Below are positions 37,090-50,752 of a DNA stretch of 64,000 bases, piece by piece. Source of the stretch: Camelus ferus (lineage: Eukaryota). Below the pieces are notes generated by a model that worked only from the letters and a program-made list of their open reading frames with translations, did no database searches and was not told the origin of the DNA. A program made the position numbers and the translations under genes. Where the stretch lies: assembly GCF_009834535.1 (NCBI RefSeq), contig NC_045696.1:72852001-72916000 (forward strand), read 5' to 3'. Position 1 is the stretch's first letter. The number at the start of each line of letters is the position of its first letter.

Positions 37090-40000
37090 ATAGCCCTTCC
37101 AAACCACCTTCATTCTCCCCAGCATATCAGCCTATTTCCCCTCATCCTACCCTTTCCTGCCAAGATGATCTCACCTCCTGGCATGTGAGGAAAATGGAGG
37201 CCGTAGATTCCCCTCTCTCAACACATAAACACTCTTTGTAGCTGCACTCTCCTTAACTTCTGTCCCAACCAGGAGCACTGTCTCTCCTCTGCTATAGAAC
37301 TATCTCTGAGCACATTCTCCAGATCTCATCAATGCTGCTTCTCAGGGAACTTGTTCCCTCTCATCTTCAGCCTTTCTCTTTATACTGGTTCAGTCAATGA
37401 ACAAATGAACCCTCTCTCAGGTGAAAAAGGCATCTTTGTTCTGTTTAAATTAGTATGGCTTAAATTAGTAGGTGTTTTCTGAAAAACAATTTGGCAATGG
37501 GTTATCTAAGTGCCTTAAAAATGTTCAGATCTTTTGACTAGATAAATCTCTCCTCTAGGAATCAGTTCGAGGAAAATAGTACAAAATATGGACCAAGCTT
37601 AATTTCAAAAATATTTATGGCAGCATTGTTACGAGGGGAAATAGGAAAAGAAAAACTAAGTATTTAATATCAACCATTAAGAGTAACTTTTCTGAAGAGC
37701 TTTCAATAGTTAGGGGAATTATCAAGTGAGAAAGTTATATAAACAGATTGAAAGCTCGTCCGTAAGGCCTAGCAAGTGAGTGCAGTACCTGCTACCAGAG
37801 GATGAAGTGACGTCCCTCTGCCAATGACACTGTTCGAACATCAGGAGGCGATGTGCCTGTCTGCCTCACTGTCCCAGCCTTCGGCAACTGACACAGTGCA
37901 TGTGGCGGACAACTAATAAATATTTATTGAGTGAATGAGTGAGAAGTTTTATTTCTGTCTAATCAAATTACTCCATATGGAGAAACACCCAGGGAGCAGT
38001 GAGGGAGGAGAGGGGTCTGCCCAATTAGATCAGCCAAATCGACCCTGGTGATTAACACAGGGACACACGCTGGAGCCAGTTCTCTGTACAGGGGAAAGAG
38101 CCTGCAGTCACTCATTTGGTCTCTTCTCAACTGAGTTAAACTACACTGGAGGAGACTGGACAGGAACAGCAAAAAAAAAAAAAAAAAAAAAATGGCAGCA
38201 GATGCTTGAATTAGAGTGGTGGGGTTATGAATCATCTTTTTGGCTTTTTAATACCTTCCTGTACTGCCCTAATATTCTGCAGTGAACGTGTACTCTACAT
38301 TTAATTTGAAAAAAAGTTTAAAAGTAAAACCCTGCATTGGCTCTCCATGCCCTGACATACCCTTATAGCTACGTGCTTCTTCTCTAGGAAGCACCTTCTA
38401 CATCCCTGGCCTCCCCTTTCCCACCCTTAGGGTCACCTCTTGACCCACCAGTGCACTGAAATTGGCATTGCCATGATCACCAGAGATCTCCCAGTTGGTA
38501 TATCCAATAGTTACCTCTCTATCCTCATCTTGCTGGACATTTTGGCAGCAGTTCACACTGTCTGACCCCTACACCATCTGCTTGAAACCCTTTGTTCCTT
38601 GGGATCCCAGGACAACTGCTCCTGTCTTTTGTCCTCCACTTGTCACTCACTCTTCTCCTGTCTCCCACACACTAAGTGATAGTCATCTGGGACCCTGTTC
38701 ATTCTTCTTCTCGCTGTAGATTATCTTTAGGTGATATCTCATTACACCTTGACTTCAGCCACCCTGGGTGATGATAACTCTCCAAACTTACTTCTCTAGA
38801 CTATCTAAGCATTGGCTGATATATAAATATAATGAAAGCCTAATCTTTGGCTGAGATCACTGATGCTTGTTGCATCAAAAATCAAGGCCCTTTGAGACAC
38901 CTCACTGCTCCAATACATATTAACAGTCACCATGGCTTTCAGATGTTTATTAAGTAAACGTTTCCCTGAATACTGCCTGTTTTTTCAATTTATTTGTTCA
39001 TCCAGCATTCGTTATGTCCCCATGGGTAAAAAAATGAATTAAACTCATCTGTGCCCTCAAAGGCCCACAGTCTAGTGAGAGAACAGACAAATCAGTTGTA
39101 CGGGTGAGTTCAGTGATTTGGGTCCACGTAAGATGCTACGGGAATAAAGAGCAGCTGGGTGAGTCAAGAGGAGTCTGTCGGTACAGGGTCCTGAAGGACA
39201 AAGGTCTTGGATTCAGGCGATGGTGGTAGGAGTGAGGAGGAGGAGACGGTGGGCTTGTGGATTTTCTGAATAATACTGGGGCAATGGTCAAATAGGACTC
39301 CCAGGATTCTGGCTTAAGTGACTAAATAAGTGGCCATAACCCCTCCCACCATCACTACTGCCAACCAAGTCAAAGAAGAGAAGTGGAGAAGCAACTATAA
39401 GCAGTAATGAGTATGTCAGTTTGGAGCGAGGTGAGTGTCAGATGTGAAATCCAATCTCTATGCACGTGGATTGTTTTCATTTATTGAATAAAAAAAGCAC
39501 CAAGCCAAACAGCGTGGATACTTTCTATTGTTTGTGTTAAGAAGGGGAGAACTTATATTCTTATTCGTCATTAAGTGCAAGTAAAATTGTATTTGCTAAG
39601 ACGTGCATAACGAATCTCTAGAAGGGTATGTAAGAAACTAAGAGCAGTGGCTGCCCTTGGAAAAGTGAGAAACAGGGACAGGAAAGAGATTGTCCAAGCT
39701 ACTCCTCTTCATGCTCTCAGAGCTTGAGCCATAAATGAATCATCTGTTCAAAACGTATTTTAAAGGGCATATAGGGGGAAAGAGGTCCCACAGAACAAAG
39801 TCGGAAAATCACAATGGGATGAGGAGGTCACCATTGACTTCGGCGAGAGCAGCATGAGCATGAGGTGTGGGCAGAGGGAGCCGTGGGGTCCGGAATGGGA
39901 GGCGTGGGAGCCCTCTTGCCTGGATTAAGAGGTGAACGAAAGGAGGTAAAAAGGAGACAGCAGGGACAGAACACTCCTCTAAGAAGTGCTGGGGAGAAGT

Positions 40001-40600
40001 GAGGGGGGAAGAGGGAGAGAGATTCAAAGCTGAAAGAGGGTGCCAGATTACCACTCAGGTCTCCTCAGCAGGGTCGCAACACAGCCTCCCCGGCTCCTCA
40101 ATCTGAACTTCAGCCTGTTGCCACAGCAACCCCAGCGTCCTGACTCTCCTGCTCACCGCAGGAAGCGGCACAATACAGCCAATGTCAAATGAGTGGCCAC
40201 TTCCAACATCCCCCCTCTCTCTTTCGGGCTCTGGCACCCTTCCTCACCTGGCTAAGACCCGGCCAGACAGCCCACCTCTAGGAAACCTCCCCTGCAGCCT
40301 CTGCTCCGCACTCCGGTAACGCCCAGGGCCGCCTCTCACAAGGTGTTGCTTACTGGTTCAGCCTTATCTGATCTCCTTCATTTAGTCATTTGGCACATAT
40401 TAAATGCCTATGGCATGCCATAGTGAGTGCCAGACACTGTGCAACGTACTAGAAATAAAAAATGAGTGACCAACGTGGTTCTGCCCTGAGTGCTCTTACT
40501 GTCTAGTAAGGAAAACAGAAATGAAACCAAAATTAGCTACCCACAAACGTGGTAAATGCCGGGAAGAAAAGGTAGAGGGTAATCCTGGAAGTGACTTGAG
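37090..40600. mobile_element. Mosaic of nested L2 and L1ME fragments
   Basis: L2 termini (aataaatatttattgagtgaatga ~37915; cattcgttatg ~39005; tcatttagtcatttggcacatatt ~40380) alternating with L1ME 3' pieces. Confidence 0.55.
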
Positions 40601-41077
40601 GGCAAGAACATAGGGTTTTTTTCAACTGAAGTAAACAGTAAACATTTAAACATTTAATTGAAAAATCAAAATACAATCAGGTTTCCACATATCTAAACAA
40701 ATTTGTATTTGTACTAAATAGCTAAGTAAACCCAGGGCAAACAGCAATTAATAAAATATCATATCACATAGAAAGAGGAGAAGGAAAGTATTCACTGAAA
40801 GAAGAAAACGCATGAGTATCACTCACTTCTTGCTGCCAATGTCAATCCTTCTTCTAATCGATCATTTTTCTACACTACTGCATAAAATCAGCTAAAAGCT
40901 TGACTGAAGCCTGAAAGGTGTTTTTGGTCACACAGAAATACCCAGGTGTTCTATCGCTTGGGGGTGGCTCGGGTTCTCTTAGCTCTTTCACTGGTTGAAG
41001 TCACTGTTGGAAGTATATTTGCCCTGCTGACCTCTGACCCTTTAAGATAATCTGGACACGCACACTTGTCCGCTTAC

Positions 41078-41233
41078 CTGCCTGGAGCCCAGGCTGTGTC
41101 CACTTGGTCTCCTGGTGTTTCAGTTCCCCTCTCCCTCCTGGCCTTTGGCTCTGACTTGCTTCTGGACCACCATGGGGAGGTCCCCAGCACGGTCACAGCT
41201 TCCTCGGAACCCAACCACCAGATTCAAATGTTT
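41078..41233 (-). other. Candidate 156-nt non-coding exon
   Basis: Acceptor tacttcag|; strong donor CAG|gtaagc; no recognisable coding content. Confidence 0.3.
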
Positions 41234-43559
41234 CTGAAGTATTTTAAAGCGGAGGGCAAGACCTCTGAATGTTTGCTGGCTTGTGAGCAATGAGGGGCTC
41301 CTGTCCAGGCTAATAAGCTCAGTATGTCAGAAGGTAAGACTAATTAGACCAAGATTACAAATCTTTTCCAAAACAAGTCAGTCAGCTTTGACCTTGCCTA
41401 AGGGACTAAAAACTTTGAAAGTTTCTCTATACCTTCTCTTTGTCTCCCATCTGAGGTAAATTTGCATTGAGGGATATAAAATGTCCCTCCAGGAGCCAGG
41501 TGACTAGAAGAAATGGGTGGAAGAAAGATATTTTTACTGTGAGAACTTTTTAATTGTCAAATCATGTGAATCTATTACATATTCCCAAAAACAAAAATCC
41601 ATTTTAAAAATAAAACTCAAAGTGAACTTGATCACCTCAGTGCTGGTGTTAGAACCCGGAACTTAGAGGGTCAGGAGCTCTGAGTCCTCCGTCACTACTT
41701 GCCCTGCCTCCCCCGTCTCTCTATGCTTCCTCTTGGCCCTAGCCTCCCTATTCCCCACCCTGTTTCCCTGTCTCCTTTTACCCATGTGTTCACTGCTCTC
41801 CATAGGCTGGTAAGTTCCTAGTGCCTAGCACAGTTGTTTTGCACTTAAACTGCACATATTTTTCTTAATAAATGCTATAATCTTTTAAAACTACTTTACA
41901 GATACAGGCAATATATAGCTTTAGTCCTGGCCAGATGTCTTGCAAAGACATCCTTTGGTCCCAAAGCCAACAGTGTGAGAATACAGGGACAGGGCAGCAC
42001 AAATCACGAAATCATTAATTCTGAAACAACATACACTGGCCTCTCCCATGTGCGTGACCATGAAGTCTGTTCCATCTCCTTAGATTATATTTAAATCCCC
42101 CCTTTTAACAAACATTGATTCATTAATTCAATAAAGATTAAAGGGTCATTTTTGTGGCACAGTGCTGAGCTGACACTAGGGATACAAAGTCAAACAAGAC
42201 ACGGTCTGTGTCAGGGTCAGGGAGTTCTGGGAAGCTGGTGGGCTGGTTCTGTTCCTGGGTGTCTATTGGCCTGAGGCTATGTGCCTGGAGAATTTGTGTT
42301 TTCTCTCCAGGGGAGAGTAATAGTCTTGTAAGGGACTGGAGAGGAAAAATGGGGGAAAACAGGCAGAGACACTGAAAAGTCAGCATGATTTCAGTCCACC
42401 CCTCCTTCACTCAGCCTAAGGCACTGGTTTAGACCTACTATGATGAGGGAGATTTTGGAGTGAGAATCTGAAGAACATTCTCTCATGAGAGTCACTCACT
42501 GGGCCATTCAAAGCACAGGCAGTGCAGCTGGGGGCCCAGGGGACAAAGCGCCATCCCCCACCCAGCTCTGCCACAGACTAGGCACCTCTTTGGAGCCCTG
42601 AAAGCTCAGCAACGACCCCGGTGCCAGTGAAGCAGTGTTGTCATGGGGACCTGCAGCCAGGCCAAGGGCAAGGGGACAACGGGTTACCAGGCTGGGAAAG
42701 CGTGCGTGAACTGGTTCCCACTCTGGAAACTGAAGGAGGTAGTGCAGGGAGTTGGGGGTCCTACAATCATGTGAGGGGCCGTAAAGAGTCATGATTTGAC
42801 CCACAACCTGAAGAAGACCTCATTTATTATTAGCCTCATACTCAAAGCTAAGAAAGTTCAGGTTTATTTGGGTTACATTTAAATCGTGCTAAAAGCTACC
42901 TGCAGGGACTTTCTCAATTTGACCCTATTTCTGCCCTAGCACCACTGGATTAAAAAAAAAAGTTTGACTTCTTAAACTATAATCTCCTTGAGGACAAGGA
43001 CTCTATCTGACCTCTGGATCCATAATTCCTACTACAATGGCTGTGCTGGACGGTCTCCAATGACACTGGTAGCTTCAACTCCACAGGAAAAATACTGCAT
43101 ATTTACATTTAAAAGCTAGCAAATAACCATTCTTCGTATTCAAAAGGACAATCTGTTTCTTAGTTGACTTTTGTTAGTAAAAATTTTGAAAAAATTTAAA
43201 AACAAAAGGCCAGGTCAAAGGATTTTTAAAACCAAGGGGAATATTTACATACAATAGTAAAAACAAAATGGAGTGGAAAAAAAATCTCTGCCTTAGGAAT
43301 AAAAGCAATAAAAGGCCCTGTCCTAAATGAAAAGGCTCCCCCATGAGTACTACACCCATCACTGTCATCATTCTGCCTTTTCCCCGGGACCAGAGAACCA
43401 CGAGAGTTAAAGGGAAAATTTGAGATCATCTTATCCAATTCTCTCATTTTATAATGTCCAAAGGTCCTTACAGCTTTAAACTCTAGGGCTCTGAAAATTT
43501 ATGATTCTGTAAATTAACAAATTGATTTCTGTAAAGGTTTTGTAGCATTTGCATGAAAG

Positions 43560-43908
43560 GTAGTCAGTTTGGGCTGCCAGAAGAGAATACTGTAAATACT
43601 GGGAGGCCTCTCCACAATGTGAAATTTACTTCTCACAGTTTGAGAGACTGGAAGCCTGAGATCAGGGTGCCCGGGTGGTCAGTTCTGGTGTGGGCACTCT
43701 TCCAGGTTGCAGACAGCTGACTTCTTGTTGTATCCTCACTTGGTGCAAAGAGAGGGGAAGAGAGCTCTCCCAGGTGGCTTTTATAAGGACACTAATCACA
43801 CTCATGAGAGTTCGACCCTTTTGATACAATTACCTCCCAAAGCCCACAACTTCTAACAGCAGCACATTGAGGGTTAGGATTTCAACATATGAATTTCATT
43901 CCATTGCA
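43560..43908 (-). mobile_element. MLT1A-like MaLR solo LTR
   Basis: tttacttctcacagtttgagagactggaagcctgagatcagggtgcc...gatttcaacatatgaattt. Confidence 0.85.
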
Positions 43909-44379
43909 GGAACTATTGAAATAAAAATATTCATAAAAGCTTCTGAGGTTCATGTCTGAACAAAATCTTTTGAGTCTCAAAATACAGTTATTTCCATGGT
44001 ATCCTATAGCAACAGAATTGTAGTATCTCAAGGTATGAACATTTTAAATTTTAGTAGATATTGTCAAGAGTTCTCCAAAAAGGTTGTAACAATTTATGCA
44101 GCTGAAGGCAAGCTCTCATTTTATCTGTCCTGACCTATAGCTGGGAGGAAAGTTTTTTAAATGACATTAAGCTAGCAGGCAAAATCAAAAGTATCAAAAG
44201 TTGTAAGATAAACCATCCTCCTCTTTGACCGTCCCCCATCCTCACCCTAAGAGACATCCATGTGTCCAACAAAGACAACTTTGTCCACTGGCAAAGCAGT
44301 GCCTCAATGAGTTTCTAAAAGAACAATAGACAGACAGGGGAGAATGCTGAAATTCAGACCAAAAGCAGTCATTGGGAGT

Positions 44380-44840
44380 AAGACCTTGGAGATATACCAA
44401 AAACCATGAAAATTTTACAATCTACTCCATAAAAATACATGTATGCACAAAAATATATGGATAAAGAATGTCACTGAAACATAGTTTGTAACAATCCAAA
44501 AAAACTGCCTACATGTTTTTCAAATTCTTGATAGTGCACTGCAGCCATCAAAGGAATAGTAGTGTCAAGGAAAGATGCCTCTGACAGATGGTTAAGAAAA
44601 GCAAGTGACAGACAATTTGAAGAATACAATCCATTTGTTTCTAAAAATGACTGTGCAAGTGTGTTCGTGTGTGCACGTACATGGCTAGAAACGAAAGGGC
44701 CTAGAGAGACACATACCAAATTACTACCAGTGGTGACCTCTTGAAGAGATGTGGCAGGAATCGGGTGGGAACGTGGCATTGAACGGCTTTTACATTTTTA
44801 CTCTATACGCTTATGGAACCTTTTGTATATAATTTACTGG
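44380..44840 (+). mobile_element. L1ME-like 3' fragment
   Basis: aagaatgtcactgaaacatagtttgtaaca...ttactaccagtggtgacctct. Confidence 0.55.
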
Positions 44841-46479
44841 GATAAATATGTTACGACGAAGTATGTCCTGCTTCTGTCATTTTTTTCATAAAGTGTCATT
44901 AGACGAATTGCTAAGCTGCTTCCTATTCATGGAGTAAGAAGTCACGGGTACCAAGGAGGCTCTCCTTTTCCCCAAGAACATGGGCCAATGATTCCCACAA
45001 GGGCCGTCAGGCCAGCACCACAGTGCTCAGTGATTAAAACGTGCTTCTGAGCTGCCATTGACCATATAATCTAGCTCTCAATGGGATTCAAATATATCAC
45101 AGCTTGATTCAATTCCATTTTATAGGATATAATTTCACCCCAAGCCAGGAATCCAGGCCCCCTAGATAACAGATCTTTATTGGGCATCTGCCTCTGAGAG
45201 CCAGTGCCATGAGACAGATAGAATTAGTGCCCTAGAATTAGTGGAGATGACGGAAGTATTTTTTAAAGCATATATTGATTTCGAACTGGCAAAATACCTT
45301 CCCCACTAGAAAACAATCTAAACCCTGTATACAGTGGAAATTATCTCTCTTTAAAATGTTCAGTCAGAAAACTCTTACAGGCTGAAAACCACACCAAGGC
45401 TCACCAAAGTCCATGCTTTCCCAAGTCTCCTGGATCGTGACAGCCACTCACAGTGACTCCAAATGCAGAACCAGGCATTATCAACGGAGGCTAAGGAACG
45501 GGGCATGCCATGAGGATCAGCTGGTGGAGGGTGCTCTCAGGAAAGGCAGTACAAATCCACTAGCCTTTCCTCTCAGTTCAGATCCCCAAAATGCTCTAAA
45601 TGGAAAGGTCCTTTTTTTTTTTCTTTTTATAACTCATTTGCCCCCCAAACTAACCAGATCTGAATTTAAGTAGTAGAAAATCTGAACTGATTGAAGCTAT
45701 TTATGGTCTTTATTTCACATATTGTAAATATTTGCTATGTTTAAAAATATTAATAAGCCCATATGAGGAGATACTAGTAATCTTGACTCTGGAGAAATTA
45801 TATTCATGCAGAATAGTTATTGTTTTATCTTTCTAAGATTAAAAAAAAAAAAAAAAACCCTAGGCATTTTAAACCATTTCAAGCCCTGAGTGTCTCAAAT
45901 AAGGAAGGAGGACCTGTATATGCTTTGTTCCATTTGAAAGAAATGAGATTCAAGGTCTCCTAATAATGAAGAGCAATGTAGATCTTGTTAAAGGCTAATA
46001 ATAGCCTCAGTATCTAGAGGGGGAAAATGAGCTACTAGGAATAAAGAGAAGCAAGCAGAACTACGTCCATGTCAAAACCATTGGTAATAGGAAATGGCTC
46101 TCTACTGCTTTGGTTTTGAGAGATATTGCCCTACACTTGCTAAATGAAATACACACGAGAACATCCTATTTATGGCATAGGAAATAAGTATGACCTCCTC
46201 AAAAGAAACCTTTCCAGATTCTTCTAAATGAACACAATCTCACATTTGTCCTTGGGAAAAGATTTTGAGGGGTCAGTAATTAGGGACACTTTAGTTGATT
46301 CTGAGGGTGCACAATCTAGCCAACCTGTGAAAACTACCCTGAAAAGGTAGAAAAGACCTCCCGTGTAGACATGACGTCATGGACACAATGATTTCAGCCT
46401 AGACAGGCCTATAGAGAACATTAGCTTCATCTAACCTTTGAAATAACTTATCAAATCATCTTGTTTTTATAAAATCCCT

Positions 46480-48100
46480 GGAAGGAAACAAGAGAAGATC
46501 TTTGTGACCTTGGGTGAAGCAAAGATATCTTAGATAGGACACTCAAAACTTAATCCATAATAGAAAAAATTGACTCATTTAGACTTCATCAAAATTAAAT
46601 ACTTCATTCTTCAAAAGTCATCACTAAGAAAATGAAAAAATAAGTCAAAGTTTGGGAGAAAATATTTGTAATATTGTCATGTATATATAAATCATATGGA
46701 TAAATACACAAATATATATCTAAGGTTTATAGTCAGAATATATAAAGAACACTTACAATGATAAAAGGCAAATGGCCCAGTTTAAACAAAAGGACAAAAG
46801 ATTTAATTAAGCATTTTATGATAGAATACATGTGAATGAGCACATGAAAAAGTGTCCAACATCATTAGCTATTAGGAAAATGCAAGTTAAAATGACAGTG
46901 TGCTACCACTCTACAAACGTTAGCTGTAATAAAAAAGACTGACAACACCAAGTGTTAGTGAGGATGTGGAGAAACAGAAGCCTCACTCATTGCTGGTAGG
47001 AATGTAAAATGAAATAACCACTTTGGAAAATAATTTGGCAGTCTCTTTAAAAAGTTAAACATACACCTATCATAAGACCCAGTAATTCCAAGGTATTTAC
47101 CACAGAGAAAGAAAAATACATGTCCATACAAAAACTTAGACACAAATGTCCATAGTATCATTATTCATAACAGGTTGAAACTAAAAAACAGCCTCAAACT
47201 GGAAACAATCCAAATGAGCAAACAGAATGGGCACATCTAATGTAATGGAACACTACCCAGCAGTAGCTAACAGGTTCACCAACATGGTTGAACCTCAAAA
47301 AATGTTTTGCTAAGTAAAAGAAGCCAGACACAAAAGGTTACATATTATAATTCCATTTGTATGAAATTTCTAGATAAAGCAAAACTTTAGAGACAGAAAT
47401 CCTATCAGTGATCGCCTAGAGCTAGGGTGGATATATACCTCAAAGAGGAACAAAAGGGAACTCTGGGGGGTAACGTAAATGTTGTAAATCTCTTTGGTGG
47501 TGATGGCTACACAAGTGTATACATTTATTTGGAAATCGCCGAACCATTAAAAAAGATCACTAGCTTTGCTCATATTTGATGCTATCTCTTTTGGGAGACA
47601 TATTGATTAAGAATGTTTTATGAAGTATGGGTCAAAACAATCTGAGGTAGTGAAAATTGCTGCGTGGCTACAACTGAGGTGGTCCATAAATTTGTCATCC
47701 TGTGCTCACTGCAGCATTGTTTGCCAGAGAAAAAAACTAGAAATAACCTTGTGTTCATCAAAAGGGCAATTGTTAAACAAGATAAAGCACACCCATATCA
47801 TGAAAGGCCACGCAGATGTGGCTGTGAAAAAGAATGAGAAGATCCCCAAAATATGTTGTTAAGAGAAAAAAAAGAAAGCAAAGTTATAGAACAACAATGA
47901 GTAGTGGAATTATGTCTAACACATACCCACACGCACATACACACAAAGCTACATAGGCTTATCCCTGGGGAAGAATAAGACAATGTGGGCAGAAGGGGCC
48001 TTTTATTTTGTAATATGTTCTTCTGTAATATTGGAATTTAAACAATTTTTATCTCAAAGTATGTGCCATTTTTGCCATTTAAAAACACTGTTTAAATGTT
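46480..48100 (+). mobile_element. Old L1 (L1MB/MC-like) ORF2 end and 3'UTR plus an adjacent L1ME fragment
   Basis: gacttcatcaaaattaaa...gaggatgtggagaaacagaagcctcactcattgctggtaggaatgtaaaatg. Confidence 0.8.
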
Positions 48101-48249
48101 CCTATTGGCCCTTAAGTAAATATCACTTCTCAGTAATCCCTGCTGCGAGAGAAGCCATGTTTGCCTTAAAAGGAGACTAGAGTAAATTGCTTTGAAGTGT
48201 GTTGGAAAAAAACACATGGTAGAATTCTCTGTTTGCTGGCAGTCTGATG

Positions 48250-48450
48250 TCCTGGTAGCTTAATGGTAATGGTAATAGTGACACCAGTATTCTTTACACA
48301 CGTGGTTTCTACTGTGACGGCCCTGTGATGGAGTGCTGATGGGACCCTGAAGCTCAAGAGGTCAAGTCTCCTGTCCAAGGCCACGTGGGTACGCAGAATG
48401 GGGGTGAGGCCTCTAACTTTAAATCTGGCATTTTTATTCAGCTGCCTGTC
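48250..48450 (-). mobile_element. MIR SINE
   Basis: ctgaagctcaagaggtcaagt...gtccaaggccac. Confidence 0.55.
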
Positions 48451-49234
48451 TCATCAAGGATGATGATAAACATAATGGTGACCTCGAGGCACCACAGGAT
48501 CATAAAGGCCTTCTGAATCATCAAAGAAAGCTTTAGTTATATTTAGTGCAGTTTGAGTTTTAACCTTATGTTATTGTGTTATAATCCCTAGAAAGGCGTT
48601 CAGCACATATGGCACACACCATCACCCTAGTTAAAAGCACTGTAGTTGATTAACCAGGATGCCTCTGGCCATGCTGAAACATGGAGAACTTACTCTAAGC
48701 TGATCCTGTTCATGATTGAAGAGTCTTTACTTTTCTCTGAAAGAGGAGATATCTCTCTGCCCTGCCTCCCCTCAACCTCCACCCCAGAAAGCCCTCAATC
48801 CTCTCTTCCCCAAAGACCAGGTCAGCCCAGCCTTCCCACAGCCTCTAGGCTCCCCCCACCCCAGCTCCCTTCCTATGGCTGGGGCCCTGGTGACAGTCTC
48901 CTGGTCACCACACCCTCCCTCTGGCTGGGCATTCCCACAGCATGTGAATGGGAGCTCTCACAATGAGAGGGGAGTGAGTGAGTAAATGAAAGGAAGCCTG
49001 AGCTCAGGCTGAAGGCCTGTGGTCACATCGCTTTGAAGAAGAGCCAACAAGAAACTTCAAACTTCAGGGTGGGCTCCTTCATGACCACACGGGCTCCCCC
49101 AGCAAGGGGAATGCCACTTGGGGGTTGATCTGCTCAGCCCCACAGGCTAGAACAGACCTGCGTTTTCAATGTGGAGACGAGGCAAAGCTCTAAGACTGGA
49201 AATCAGGTAGCTCATACTAGAAATAAAGAGGCAG

Positions 49235-49450
49235 AACCGTGCACGGTAAGAGCCCATTTTGAAACCAGACAAACATGAGTTCAAAACCCACCTTGGATTA
49301 TAGTTAGATAATCTGGAGTAATCTCTGTGCTTTCAGTTCTTTTGACTGTACAATCAAGGTAGGGATGATACTTATCTTGATGGTGTGATTAAAGGTTAAT
49401 CTACAGAAAGCACCCGGTACCACTCCTGGCACATAACAGATGATTACTAA
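49235..49450 (+). mobile_element. MIR SINE
   Basis: ccagacaaacatgagttcaaaaccca...cctggcacataa. Confidence 0.6.
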
Positions 49451-50511
49451 AAGAGGGGTGACATTACTTCCATACTCTTATCCTGGTTCTGCCACAAAAA
49501 TGAAAAAACAAAATAGATGATTCCTCAAGATCCTTCTAGGTCTAAAACTTTATGATTCTGTTATAGAAATGAGCAATGGGCCACATGACGAGTACCATGA
49601 CAAGCCCCAGGACTCCATAGCTTAGGGATTCATTTTGAGGACTTATCCCAGGGCCCATTTCCAGGCCTCCAAGGCGCCACTGCTTCTGCTGCCCCGGGAG
49701 CCCTAGAGCAGACCCCGGATGCCACGTGGGTAAGTCACGACCCAGGTGCAAGGCCAGGTGTCCGCCGCGGATGGAATTCATTCGCCACAAGGATGAAATG
49801 AAAGAAGCACGATCTCTACCCGCATGTTATTTCTTCTTAAAGGCTCTTTTTTTTTTTTAACCCTCTATTGATAAAAATAACACATGCTCTTTGTGAGTTG
49901 GGAAGTGTGAAACAACAAAGAAGAACACGGTCAACTGCGATCTCACGTGCAGCTGTGGCTACTTCAGGTTACTTCAGCTCTTTCACCTACACACATGCCT
50001 CTTAAAGAAAGTGAGCTCATCGCTGCGTGTTCACCTTCACGTTTCATAACAGGTTAACCACCACCAATCCCCCCGCCAGCAGCTCTCTGCAGGGCTCCAA
50101 GCTTGTGGCCGGAGGGCACACCCTTCACTCAGGCCAACTCCTAAAAGCACTGAGGGGAAAAGAGTTCCAAGAAAACCAGTCGCCAATCCTCTTAAGGTCC
50201 CTGAACTCCACAACTTTCAGAAAGTCTAAGGTTGTTCCTAGGACACAATTCTCTGTTGGCTTTTGACAATCTCCCTGGAAGAGAGGCACATGGTGGAGAA
50301 GGGTTTAATTCCTCTCCGGCCCCTGGGGTTCTACATCTGACCATCAGGCAATGGATGCAAAAGGCTGAAGAGCTGTAAAGTGGGGATGAGAAGTTAGGTC
50401 CTTGGAGCAGCTAGAGCGGAAAAGCAAAGACCCTCCCAATACCTACAGCTCGTTTGGGGGCCCACTTGAAATGAGTCAGGGCAGGAGGTCCAGGTGACAG
50501 GCTACACTTAC

Positions 50512-50613
50512 CTCTGAAAGCCTTGATCTCACAGGAATGCACTCCCCTCAGCTGGGTGACCACAGGAAAATGCCCAGGAGAACGCAGTCGTGTGGTTCCT
50601 GGCTTCCTGTGGA
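50512..50613 (-). other. Candidate 102-nt non-coding exon (95 nt with alternative acceptor at 50606)
   Basis: ~135-nt pyrimidine tract ending ttttaag| (alternative ccacag|); donor GAG|gtaagt. Confidence 0.4.
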
Positions 50614-50616
50614 CTT

Positions 50617-50752
50617 AAAAAAAAAAGAAGAAGAAGAAGAGGAAAGAGGAGGAGGAGGAGGAGCAGGAGGAAGAAGACGAAGAAGAAGAAGAAGAAGAAG
50701 AGAAGGAGAGAAGGAGAGAAGAAAGGAAGGTAGGAAGGAAGGGAAAAAGAAT
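50617..50752. repeat. Purine-rich compound microsatellite An-(GAA)n-(GGA)n-(GGAA)n
   Basis: ~135 nt almost purely A/G on the + strand. Confidence 0.95.
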
